From positions 1 to 64,000 of the IMG/VR virus record IMGVR_UViG_3300033049_000041: a stretch of DNA of 64,000 bases; one strand, 5' to 3'. The stretch is from a virus. The position numbers and the translations under genes are program-made. Positions within the stretch are counted from its first letter, which is position 1, and each line of letters starts with the position of its first letter. Below the pieces are notes generated by a model that was given only the letters and a program-made list of their open reading frames with translations, searched no databases and was not told the origin of the DNA. Of the stretch, positions 29,286-37,631 are shown in pieces.

Positions 29286-29436
29286 TGAAGAACATGGGAT
29301 TCGAACCCACAACCCTTCGAAGCAGGTGTCTAGCCATCAGAATATCCCAATTTGGAATGTTCTAGTGGAATATATGAGAGTTGAACTCACGTTACCCGAC
29401 TAATACCGAATGCTCTACCATTGAAGCTACTTCCTC
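29286..29436 (-). ncRNA. Tandem double tRNA-like RNA with cross-paired acceptor stems
   Basis: Two T arms; GAGGAAG pairs with distal GTTCTTC and internal ATATTCC pairs with GGGATAT. Confidence 0.6.
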
Positions 29437-29441
29437 AGTTG

Positions 29442-29514
29442 TGGAGAAGATGAGACTCGAACTCATATCCTTTTCGTTGCAAACGAAATGCTCAACCAAT
29501 TGAGCTACTTCCCC
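29442..29514 (-). tRNA. tRNA-Ala(TGC)
   Basis: GGGGAAG/CTTCTCC with G3-U70, AC TTTCG-TTTGCAA-CGAAA. Confidence 0.93.
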
Positions 29515-29697
29515 ATAAAATCATCATCCATTTCCAAGTGGAATACTTAGTAAGGCATCAAACATCCTTACACCCTATTTAATAAGTAACTTGATTATCT
29601 TTATCAATTACTATGTTTTAAGTAGCTTACAATAATTAAATGTTCCTTGGCAAACCCTACCTTGGTCGTAGTAATCATCTTCAGTAATGACTATCTC

Positions 29698-30291
29698 TTA
29701 ACTTATAAGTTCTTTATAAGTCATCATTTTTCTTTCATCAAAGTTAAAACTTTTCCTCTTGGACAATAATAGGTAATTGTGTGTACTATAGATAATATGC
29801 CCGTATCCTGCAAAATTAATAATTATATTTTTCAGTTTTAATTGCATTTTATAATCCAATGTTCTATCTATTTCATCTAGTAGAATGATGTTATTCTTTG
29901 TATTTGATTCTTTGAGTTTCGTTAATAATCTCATTAATTGAATTAGAGTAGATTCTCCTTGAGATTTATTACTTCGTTCCATACCACCTAACTTTAGAAA
30001 TGAAGACATATCCATCATAGCAGCTCCATGTGAATCATCTTCAGCAGCAAAGAAACTGTAGAAATTATAATCACCATCTATTTCAAGACAACCTTTAAGT
30101 TCAGTTCTACTAATTAAAAAGTTATTATTTTCTTCCTTATCAAGCATTCTAATTGCAGTTAATAATGTAGTCTTTCCACTACCATTAGTACCACTAATCA
30201 AATTAATCAAGCTATTAAATTCGAATACTTCATCCTTCTTTAGTATTAATTTATCATCGTAAATAACATCTTTAAGAATTGTAATCTTCAT
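29698..30291 (-). CDS. Stand-alone ABC-type ATPase (AAA_21-like)
   Basis: GTNGSGKTT, SQGES, ILLDEID, STH. Confidence 0.8.
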   Translation of the reverse strand: MKITILKDVIYDDKLILKKDEVFEFNSLINLISGTNGSGKTTLLTAIRMLDKEENNNFLISRTELKGCLEIDGDYNFYSFFAAEDDSHGAAMMDMSSFLKLGGMERSNKSQGESTLIQLMRLLTKLKESNTKNNIILLDEIDRTLDYKMQLKLKNIIINFAGYGHIIYSTHNYLLLSKRKSFNFDERKMMTYKELIS

Positions 30292-30477
30292 TTAATCTTT
30301 ATTTAGTTTGTTTAGTAATTAGTTTAACTGCTTTATCATCCTGTAAATCCAATAGTGCTTCCTTAATGTCAGGATGTGTTAAATCATTCTTAGCTAATAT
30401 TCTAGCAAGATAGATTATAGAATCTATAAATCCTATCAACATTCCTTCATCACTTTTACAATCTATTGGTTTATTCA

Positions 30478-30729
30478 TTATGCTATCCTTACGGTACTCT
30501 CTTTCAAGGATTTAATATAAAATCTTTTAAGCATTGTTGCGTATTCCTCATCTTTAAATTCACCACCATTAGCATCTGCTATAGGTATTGGAAATTCATA
30601 CTTTACTTCATTGACTTTAAATGAGTAGAAAAGATTTTCATCTTTAAATCTCATAAACTTAGCCATTCTCTTAGTTCTATCTGCTTCATAAGCAAATTCT
30701 TTTACACTTGGAAATTCTACATTTTCCAT
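30478..30729 (-). CDS. Hypothetical protein
   Basis: 83 aa ORF. Confidence 0.6.
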   Translation of the reverse strand: MENVEFPSVKEFAYEADRTKRMAKFMRFKDENLFYSFKVNEVKYEFPIPIADANGGEFKDEEYATMLKRFYIKSLKESTVRIA

Positions 30730-30774
30730 TACTCTACTCTTTAATAATTCCTTACTTATCTTTCTTTTGTATTG

Positions 30775-30847
30775 TGCGAGTGACAGGTCTCGAACCTGCA
30801 GCCTTCAGATTGGAAATCTATTGCGCTACCAATTGCGCCACACTCGC
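30775..30847 (-). tRNA. tRNA-Gly(TCC)
   Basis: GCGAGTG/CACTCGC, AC ATAGA-TTTCCAA-TCTGA. Confidence 0.9.
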
Positions 30848-30925
30848 TTAATAAGGAGGAGAAAGTAACTTAATCATTATATAGACACGTATTGCATCCT
30901 CCTCCGTTAACTTGAACTATAGTAG

Positions 30926-31010
30926 TACTCCCAGTGGGAGTTGAACCCACACGAACCAATCGGTCCACTGGATTTTAAGTCCAGCATGTCTACCATTCCA
31001 TCATGAGAGC
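30926..31010 (-). tRNA. tRNA-Leu(TAA)
   Basis: AC CTGGA-CTTAAAA-TCCAG, long variable arm, A73. Confidence 0.93.
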
Positions 31011-31017
31011 ATTTGTA

Positions 31018-31470
31018 TTACATTCTATTGTAATAATCTAACCAAAATTCTATATCTTCAAAATCTATAACTGTCAATCTATCTGATTTATTTCCCATTT
31101 TAAAACCAATCTTAAACTGTTCATTTTCAAAGATAACAAATGTAAATCCTTTTAACCAACTATATAAATCTTGTTGTACGAATCCTTTTCTTTTAAAGAA
31201 TGATTCTGCTTTATTTAAGCGAGAAGTTATGTTATGTTGAGGAGAAATTTCCTTAATATTAGGTAAACCACCAACTACTACGTAATGCTCACAACCTTTA
31301 ATCTTCTTTAGTTTAGCAAATCCTTTATCAGGATATGGATGAAACTTATTGTAAATATAGCCATTAGGACTAAGTGATATAGGACCTATTATACTAGCAC
31401 TACCAGCACTTTGTACTATGTAATTGCCCGCTTTATCTAAATCATCATTATCAGTTTTAATTCTACGCAT
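31018..31470 (-). CDS. Hypothetical protein
   Basis: 150 aa ORF. Confidence 0.6.
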   Translation of the reverse strand: MRRIKTDNDDLDKAGNYIVQSAGSASIIGPISLSPNGYIYNKFHPYPDKGFAKLKKIKGCEHYVVVGGLPNIKEISPQHNITSRLNKAESFFKRKGFVQQDLYSWLKGFTFVIFENEQFKIGFKMGNKSDRLTVIDFEDIEFWLDYYNRM

Positions 31471-31820
31471 TATTTCATTTGATTATTATTACCACCCAAT
31501 ATACTATTATTATTTCCTATTAGTATGTTATTATTACCATGTACAGTACAGCTATAACCAGTAACTTTATTGTTATTTCCACTAACATCAATATCATTAC
31601 CTGATACCTTATTATTATTGCCAATAACATGAACATTATTACCTGAGAATGTAGAATTATTCATCTTAACAGTCCTCTTAGACCATTTTCCTAGTTTAAC
31701 GACAGATAACTCCACTTTCTTCTTTAAAGGCTTCTTAGCGTAATTTGTACCACAATAATCACACGTAGTAGCATCTTCTAAGATAGGTGCTGTACAAGCT
31801 AAACATTTTAATATTTCCAT
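31470..31820 (-). CDS. Zinc-ribbon protein with GNNN beta-solenoid repeats
   Basis: CLAC...CDYCG followed by ~7-residue GNNN repeats; start taken at ATG 31820. Confidence 0.7.
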   Translation of the reverse strand: MEILKCLACTAPILEDATTCDYCGTNYAKKPLKKKVELSVVKLGKWSKRTVKMNNSTFSGNNVHVIGNNNKVSGNDIDVSGNNNKVTGYSCTVHGNNNILIGNNNSILGGNNNQMK

Positions 31821-31835
31821 GATTATTATTTTTAG

Positions 31836-31932
31836 TACCAAAAGAAGGACTCGAACCCCCAGTCACTTTACAATCAATTACTAGCACATTGAGTGTTTCA
31901 TAAAGCCGCTTTGCCAATTAGCGTATTTCGGT
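31836..31932 (-). ncRNA. tRNA-like RNA with extended non-canonical anticodon arm
   Basis: ACCGAAA/TTTTGGT-A-CTA, D arm CGCT/AGCG, T arm GGGGG-TTCGAGT-CCTTC, AC stem CTTTA/TAAAG capped by an extra hairpin. Confidence 0.6.
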
Positions 31933-31976
31933 ATGAATTAGAAGGAATCGTATATCCTAGATTCCCTCTAATTTTT

Positions 31977-32230
31977 GTAACTACTAGTATTCAATAGATC
32001 TTTAGCTAAGAGACTCTTGTTCTACCACTGAACTACACGTCCATAGCAAGTAATGAGATGCTTCTAGGCAGTCATTACTCGATTGGTTTCACCCATTTGG
32101 AGCAATCCAATTGAGGACGTGGTGGGAATCGAACCCACGACGTAGAGATTAAGGTATCTATTGACGTTCATAAATGCTTCAATCTAAAGCTTGACTCACA
32201 AAACTAAATCTAAAAGGCTAGTGTTGCTAC
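31977..32230 (-). ncRNA. Circularly permuted tRNA-Lys(CTT)-like RNA opened at the anticodon loop
   Basis: 3' half (32114-32153) precedes 5' half (32007-32042); GGACGTG/CACGTCC acceptor; flanks pair via TCAATAGAT/ATCTATTGA. Confidence 0.78.
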
Positions 32231-32260
32231 ATCTAATGCTAAAGCTTAAAAGTCATATTT

Positions 32261-33058
32261 TTAAAGACCAGCATGAAGGTAATCAAATACCTTCAAACCT
32301 AAGTCTGATTTTTTAATTTCTACTGAGTTAGCTGATTCTAATGCCTCTATTACAGCAGTATATAGAGTATTAAAATTCGTAATAACTCTGGCTCTCAATT
32401 GAATTGAAATCTCACCTGAGAACTTCTGTTCAGTATAAGTACCTGTTTGAACAAGTTCCTTACGAGCAGACTTCACTGGTGTTCTATTTTGCCCAGGATT
32501 GTTATCTTCTAGAATATACTCTGTTGTATTAGTAGTTCTAGTTACACCTTCGTACAACTCATTCTCATAAACACCAGTACGTGCAAAATCCTCATTTTCT
32601 GAAACTTTCCACATTTCATTTTGTTCTCTAACAGGTAAAACCGCATAGATGTCTCTCAACTTAGATTTCTCTAAAGTTGATTTCAATCTCAATAATTCCA
32701 AAGAACTGTATTCACCCCAAGACTTTCCTTCAACTATCAATTCTGCTTTTACAACTCCAGAAGCATTAGTTTTCTCAATAGAGAAAACAATTTCCATGTA
32801 ATTTTCAGCAGATTTAGCCATGTAATCTAGTTGCTCCTTTACAGTAGCTGATACATATTTAGTAGCAATTCTATTCTCTTCAGGTAAATATGGCTCAATC
32901 GCCTTATGAGTTTTCTTTACTCCTAGGTACAATCCTTGCTTATTCTTTAAATTAGATAAAGCATTACTTGTGTTGTTTTTAAATTCACCTTCTCCTCGCT
33001 CTCTAAGTCCAATATATGTACCTAGAGTTTGTTTTCTAATTGGGTTATTATCTGACAT
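32261..33058 (-). CDS. Conserved uncharacterised protein (resembles the family recalled as DUF7873)
   Basis: TNA...A.LIVEG, ELLRLKS.L, LPV, GTYTEQKFSG, ALESAN, GLKVFDYL pattern; family name from memory, needs HMM check. Confidence 0.6.
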   Translation of the reverse strand: MSDNNPIRKQTLGTYIGLRERGEGEFKNNTSNALSNLKNKQGLYLGVKKTHKAIEPYLPEENRIATKYVSATVKEQLDYMAKSAENYMEIVFSIEKTNASGVVKAELIVEGKSWGEYSSLELLRLKSTLEKSKLRDIYAVLPVREQNEMWKVSENEDFARTGVYENELYEGVTRTTNTTEYILEDNNPGQNRTPVKSARKELVQTGTYTEQKFSGEISIQLRARVITNFNTLYTAVIEALESANSVEIKKSDLGLKVFDYLHAGL

Positions 33059-33101
33059 GTTTTTTTACTTTTCCTTTTTACTAAATCTAATTCTAAAATT
33101 G

Positions 33102-33248
33102 GGTGGGTGATCGGACTCGAACCGACGACCTTTCATTTAACAGATGATAATGCGAAGTAACTTATGAAAATCAGTACTACCGTAGTAAACAAATGTATTC
33201 TAAGTATAAAAATGCATAAATGCTCTAACCAACTGAGCTACACCCACC
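33102..33248 (-). ncRNA. Module-bearing tRNA-like RNA 3 (module between D and anticodon arms; His-like acceptor, GTT loop)
   Basis: GGTGGGTG/CACCCACC, D arm GCTC/GAGC, ~70 nt insert with TACTGA...TAAGT-TACTTCG, TCAT-CTGTTAA-ATGA, T arm GTCGG-TTCGAGT-CCGAT. Confidence 0.8.
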
Positions 33249-33253
33249 GTTTG

Positions 33254-33721
33254 TTATTTTAAATATCCAAAATCAATTAACCATTCATCAATCTTCTTAT
33301 ATAAATCTCTAGGTATTTTAATCCTATTATATCTCCATTCTATGTTATTATGAAATGATACAGTATTATCATCAGTGTGAAATGATAAGTAAGGTCTATA
33401 TTCACCATCCAATGCAACATAAGAACGAAATCTAATAATACTACCATTAAAACCAACGTAAGTTTGATTATTACTACCTGACTTAACTTCCGTTACAGTT
33501 CTATTCATACATACTAATTGGGCATGACCAAAACTAGTTAAAGGTTTTCTCTGGTCTGAACAGCAACATAATAATAGTATATAATCCTTTAAGTACATTG
33601 CAGGTATAAAATGCTTAACATGTACAGGTATCTGATACTTATTAAACAATTCTGCACGTTTCTTTATAGAGAAATCTTGATAATTAACAACCGCTATTAA
33701 TTCTGATACTATCTTATTCAT
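33254..33721 (-). CDS. Hypothetical protein
   Basis: 155 aa ORF. Confidence 0.6.
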   Translation of the reverse strand: MNKIVSELIAVVNYQDFSIKKRAELFNKYQIPVHVKHFIPAMYLKDYILLLCCCSDQRKPLTSFGHAQLVCMNRTVTEVKSGSNNQTYVGFNGSIIRFRSYVALDGEYRPYLSFHTDDNTVSFHNNIEWRYNRIKIPRDLYKKIDEWLIDFGYLK

Positions 33722-33734
33722 TTGATGTATTTAG

Positions 33735-33880
33735 CGGAACTATCGGGATTTGAACCCGATAATCTCTGAGTAGACAACCCAGAAAAATTACGAAGTAACA
33801 TAATTAATTAATATTCCGTTGAAAGGAAATGAAGGCAAACTATGACTATACGTAACGCTCAACCATTGAGCATTAGTTCC
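33735..33880 (-). ncRNA. Module-bearing tRNA-like RNA 4 (module between D and anticodon arms; Asp-like)
   Basis: GGAACTA/TAGTTCC-G, insert TTACG...GGAA-TATTAA-TT-AATTATGT-TACTTCGTAA, AC CTGGG-TTGTCTA-CTCAG. Confidence 0.8.
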
Positions 33881-33887
33881 ATATTAG

Positions 33888-33960
33888 TGATCCCGCAAGG
33901 ACTTGAACCTTGAACCTCCGTGTTAAAAGCACGATGCTCTACCAGTTGAGCTACGAAATC
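33888..33960 (-). tRNA. tRNA-Lys(TTT)
   Basis: AC TCGTG-CTTTTAA-CACGG. Confidence 0.92.
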
Positions 33961-34061
33961 ATTTAGTCCTTTGTTAATATATTATAGTTTTTACCTGCTA
34001 TGTACACTACAGGCTTTAATATACTCACTTAACTCCACAAGGACTAGATGGATGCTTTTAA

Positions 34062-34147
34062 TGGGTCACATAACGAGATTCGAACTCGCTAATCTTTCGA
34101 TACTGGTACCACAAACCAGCCCAACTCTCCAACTTTGGCGTATGTGA
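34062..34147 (-). tRNA. tRNA-His(GTG), atypical, with long variable arm
   Basis: TCACATA/TATGTGA-C-CCA, AC CTGGT-TTGTGGT-ACCAG, variable hairpin ATC-GAAA-GAT. Confidence 0.75.
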
Positions 34148-34172
34148 AATCTTAAATATCTTGATAATTGTA

Positions 34173-34382
34173 TTAATCTTCTTCTTCTTCTTCGTAGTAG
34201 TCAGTAATAACATCAGTTATACTTAACGACTCTTTTACTAATGGCGCTCCTCCAACACTTAAATGGTAGAAATCATCTAATTTCTCTAAAGCTCTCTTCT
34301 CAGCTTCTTCCTCACTAAGTCCAGTAGTATCAATGCTAAAATTGAAGGTAATTGTTCCTTCAGTATAGTATTCCTTTTTCAT
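34173..34382 (-). CDS. Small acidic hypothetical protein
   Basis: 69 aa ORF. Confidence 0.55.
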   Translation of the reverse strand: MKKEYYTEGTITFNFSIDTTGLSEEEAEKRALEKLDDFYHLSVGGAPLVKESLSITDVITDYYEEEEED

Positions 34383-34492
34383 AATTCTTCTTTAAAAGGA
34401 GGATAGACTAACTACTTCCTATCCTCCATACTTTCCTAAACATATACTTCCTATGAAAAAGTATAAAAACATCATAATAATAACAATGCTTG

Positions 34493-34564
34493 CGTCCCAG
34501 GAGGGATTTGAACCCACGACCATTCGGTTAACAGCCGAGCGCTCTACCACTGAGCTACTAAGAC
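34493..34564 (-). tRNA. tRNA-Asn(GTT)
   Basis: AC CTCGG-CTGTTAA-CCGAA, G73. Confidence 0.92.
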
Positions 34565-34688
34565 GTAAATGAGAGTACCCTAACAATACTCCCGTTGGTG
34601 TACACCTTGATACTAAACCCTATGTCATCTGCTAATTAGGATAGCATAGTCTTCGTTTTGTATACCCAATTCCGAAGAATTTTTTATA

Positions 34689-35315
34689 CTATTCGGAAGA
34701 CAATATGGCTTGCATCAGTTTCTTTTCGTTATCACTAAAGTACTCAGGAAATTTCTTAAGTATCATACTATATGACTTCTTAAAATCTCCAGCAATAACT
34801 ATACTTATTTTATTATACAACTTTAAAGTGATGTAATGATATACATCCTCTTTCAATAAGTGTTTGTAGTTATGTTCCTTAATTCTAAATGTTCTTTCGA
34901 ACTTTCTTCTCTTATTCTTACTCCATGCAGAAAGTAATTCATCTGCTAAATCTTTTCTTCCTCTGAAATAAAAGGTAAATAAGTTTAACATTTCATCTGT
35001 AATATTGTTTACTCTTAGGCTTACCATATTATAATTTTCAAAGAAGTTAACAATTTTAGTTTTACCATGAAATCCAGCTAACATAATTAATTCAAATAAT
35101 TCAGCTTGCTCTAGTATATCACTTTTTAATGCTTTTACTAAATCTATTACAAAACTCTTATCTGTATAATCATAGTATCCTAGATGAAATCGTTCTTCAT
35201 CTTTTCTAAAGGTAACATATCCTGCAAACATAAATCCAAAACCACCAATTCTATGATGAGGATAGTAAATAGTACCCCTTTTAATATAGGGATATAATAT
35301 GGAGTCTGGTTGCAT
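34689..35315 (-). CDS. Hypothetical protein
   Basis: 208 aa ORF. Confidence 0.65.
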   Translation of the reverse strand: MQPDSILYPYIKRGTIYYPHHRIGGFGFMFAGYVTFRKDEERFHLGYYDYTDKSFVIDLVKALKSDILEQAELFELIMLAGFHGKTKIVNFFENYNMVSLRVNNITDEMLNLFTFYFRGRKDLADELLSAWSKNKRRKFERTFRIKEHNYKHLLKEDVYHYITLKLYNKISIVIAGDFKKSYSMILKKFPEYFSDNEKKLMQAILSSE

Positions 35316-35373
35316 GATATGGATTTGAATTGTGTAATAAATTGAGTGGTCGGGGTAGCAAGATTCGAACTTG

Positions 35374-35760
35374 CTATAAAGAATTTATAAATTCAGCATG
35401 ATAAGAAGTAACTTCATCTTCAATAAGATGTTTAAATCTACTATGCCAGTATTTATGATGAGTAGGACATAAGGGTATTAAATTTTCTATAGAATTATTA
35501 GTGTGATTTCCATCAAAATGATGTACTTCTACAATATTAGATTCTTTACAAATTACACATGATTTTTCATGTTGTAGAAAACAAGTACTACGATAGCGAG
35601 ATTCTTTCCAATTAGGATTATTCTTACCACTTCTAAAATATGTATTTGAACATGAATGTGAACAAGTAGTTTTCTCTCTTGGAGACCCTTGTTTAGTTTC
35701 AAATTCGTTATCGCATACAGGACAACTTTTAATTATCCTGTTATATACCTTTCTACTCAC
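35374..35760 (-). CDS. HNH endonuclease with N-terminal zinc finger
   Basis: CPVC...TCSHSC, NNPNWK, CVIC...VHHFDGNHTNN...NLIPLCPTHH; likely GTG start 35760 because the listed TTG lies inside the tRNA. Confidence 0.85.
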   Translation of the reverse strand: MSRKVYNRIIKSCPVCDNEFETKQGSPREKTTCSHSCSNTYFRSGKNNPNWKESRYRSTCFLQHEKSCVICKESNIVEVHHFDGNHTNNSIENLIPLCPTHHKYWHSRFKHLIEDEVTSYHAEFINSL

Positions 35761-35774
35761 AACTTGTAATTGAG

Positions 35775-35849
35775 TATGGGTGTCCAGATTCGAACTGGAA
35801 ATCTCTTGCTCCCAAAGCAAGTGCCTTAACCTGATTAGGCTACACCCAT
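35775..35849 (-). tRNA. tRNA-Pro(TGG)
   Basis: ATGGGTG/CACCCAT, AC CTTGC-TTTGGGA-GCAAG. Confidence 0.9.
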
Positions 35850-35937
35850 ATATCCCTTATGTCTTATTCTTTCTTTTACTAACTCATTAACTGAGCTATA
35901 CCCCGAAATGTCGAATTTAATCGACTATATTGTAAAT

Positions 35938-36489
35938 TTATGCTATACTTATATCTATCTCTAGATTATAAGCATCAACATGAAAGTGATACTTTTCTAT
36001 GATGAATTGTAACATTGATTTGTATATTCTTTTATTATCCATTAAAATGTATGAATTATCATCAAAGTAAGCATACAGATTTTCTAATGTACTAATATAG
36101 AATGTCTTACATCCTATACTTAAAAGTTTCTCTTCTACACTAACAACCCAATCATTTCCTAATGTATACGGTGAACATAAAGCAGCACTGTGTATATGTG
36201 CATAAGCTTTATCTAGCCGTTTCTCAGTATGAATATTTCTTAGTGTTGCAGAATCACTAGGTCTCCAATTACTACCAAAACAAATAAGATATTCATACTT
36301 ATAGCTAACTGAAGATACTACTGCAGTTTTAGATTGCTCTGTTCTTATAGCATAATCCAAATAGCATTTTCTATGGAACTCTTTAATCTCTGTAGTACTA
36401 CCTTTATAATAGTAATAGAACTTCTTATGTGCTCTACTAATGTGTTTCTTAATCTCCTTCTTCCTCGCTCTCTCCTCCTCCTTTGTCAT
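35938..36489 (-). CDS. Hypothetical protein
   Basis: 183 aa ORF. Confidence 0.6.
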   Translation of the reverse strand: MTKEEERARKKEIKKHISRAHKKFYYYYKGSTTEIKEFHRKCYLDYAIRTEQSKTAVVSSVSYKYEYLICFGSNWRPSDSATLRNIHTEKRLDKAYAHIHSAALCSPYTLGNDWVVSVEEKLLSIGCKTFYISTLENLYAYFDDNSYILMDNKRIYKSMLQFIIEKYHFHVDAYNLEIDISIA

Positions 36490-36491
36490 TC

Positions 36492-36635
36492 TTAATCTTT
36501 TTTATCACATACAGTACAGGTAAACTTTGGTGAACCTGTTTTTACATTAGTAGCCGTAGCGTATCTTTTTCCTTTACCGTAATTCTTATCTTGGAACTCA
36601 TGTTCACAATCACACTTAATAATCTTTCCTGCCAT
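36492..36635 (-). CDS. Small putative zinc-binding protein (47 aa, not in ORF track)
   Basis: MAGKIIKCDCEHEFQDKNYGKGKRYATATNVKTGSPKFTCTVCDKKD fills the gap between neighbours. Confidence 0.6.
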   Translation of the reverse strand: MAGKIIKCDCEHEFQDKNYGKGKRYATATNVKTGSPKFTCTVCDKKD

Positions 36636-36646
36636 TTTATTTTGTT

Positions 36647-36931
36647 TTAAGCGGGTTTATAGGCTGAACCATATACTTGTCTAGTCCAACCATTTACATG
36701 ACCTTTATTGTTACCTATTTGATACTTATCATCCTTTATAGCTAAAACCTTATGTACCATGAAAGTACCTTTAACTTTACAAAGAACAACATCATCAACT
36801 AAATAACCAGGTCTTTTAACAAACAATAAACGTTCGCCACTCTTGATTCTAGGTAACATTGAGTTACCCTTTGGTTTCCCAAAAGCATAACCTTGTTCTT
36901 TTAGAAAAATAATAGCTAATTGGTAATTCAT
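36647..36931 (-). CDS. Stand-alone S24/S26 peptidase-like protein
   Basis: GNSMLPRIKSG, DVVLCKV, VHKV, IGNNKG. Confidence 0.7.
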   Translation of the reverse strand: MNYQLAIIFLKEQGYAFGKPKGNSMLPRIKSGERLLFVKRPGYLVDDVVLCKVKGTFMVHKVLAIKDDKYQIGNNKGHVNGWTRQVYGSAYKPA

Positions 36932-37111
36932 TCTTTAAACATTTCTGACCAATATTTCCCATTTACTTTAATTTTCTCATAAGGTAAAATAGATTTTATG
37001 GCATTTAGACGTTTTTTTATCTTGTCAATACTTAAACTACAAGGTTTTGATGTAACTAAAGCTGTATGGTCTAACACTCTAATTTTAAATGTACTCTCCA
37101 TAATTATTATT

Positions 37112-37187
37112 TGGTGGTCCCACCTGGACTCGAACCAGGGACCAGCGGGTTATGAGTCCGCTACTCTAACCACTGAGCTATAGGACC
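37112..37187 (-). tRNA. tRNA-Ile2(CAT), lysidine type
   Basis: GGTCCTA/TGGGACC-A-CCA body typical of Ile2, loop CTCATAA. Confidence 0.82.
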
Positions 37188-37286
37188 GAATAAGACCAAG
37201 CCAAGCCTTGTATATCTTGGAGTACGACTTTATAAGTTAAACTAACCGTCGGTGTCCGTATCTTGGTCTATATCTTAAAATTATTT

Positions 37287-37619
37287 TTATAAATTGTCTA
37301 ACCAATTATGAGGTGTCATATTATTGCCACCAAACTCATTAAAATTGGTATGGGTTGGTAATACTTTATGTTGTTTTATCATATCATTAGCAACTTGTTC
37401 AGCAAAAGCTGAATGTATATCTATTTGTGCTTTACTAGCTAGTTCTGCTTCTACCGCATCAGCCACACTAGCTTTAGGCATCGGTTTACTAGAATCTACA
37501 ACTAACGTCCATGCCTCCCAATCAGGAAACATATTTTGAATCTGAAATACAAAAGCTCCTAACATAGAATTACTATTTAGTGTAATAGTCTTCTTATCAA
37601 AATCTAATTCTACTTTCAT
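37287..37619 (-). CDS. Hypothetical protein
   Basis: 110 aa ORF. Confidence 0.6.
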   Translation of the reverse strand: MKVELDFDKKTITLNSNSMLGAFVFQIQNMFPDWEAWTLVVDSSKPMPKASVADAVEAELASKAQIDIHSAFAEQVANDMIKQHKVLPTHTNFNEFGGNNMTPHNWLDNL

Positions 37620-37631
37620 TATATATTAGGT

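Larger units (their letters stand above)
35347..35905 (-). mobile_element. Split tRNA-Pro enclosing an intact tRNA-Pro and an HNH gene
   Basis: 5' piece CGGGGTATAGCTCAGTT (to 35905) and 3' piece GCAAG-TTCGAAT-CTTGC-TACCCCG-A-CCA (35347-35375) flank a ~500 nt insert. Confidence 0.7.

Noticed and set aside
33102-33880. Group I or II introns in tRNAs
   Set aside because: The inserts are only ~70 nt, are not in the anticodon loop and lack catalytic core motifs
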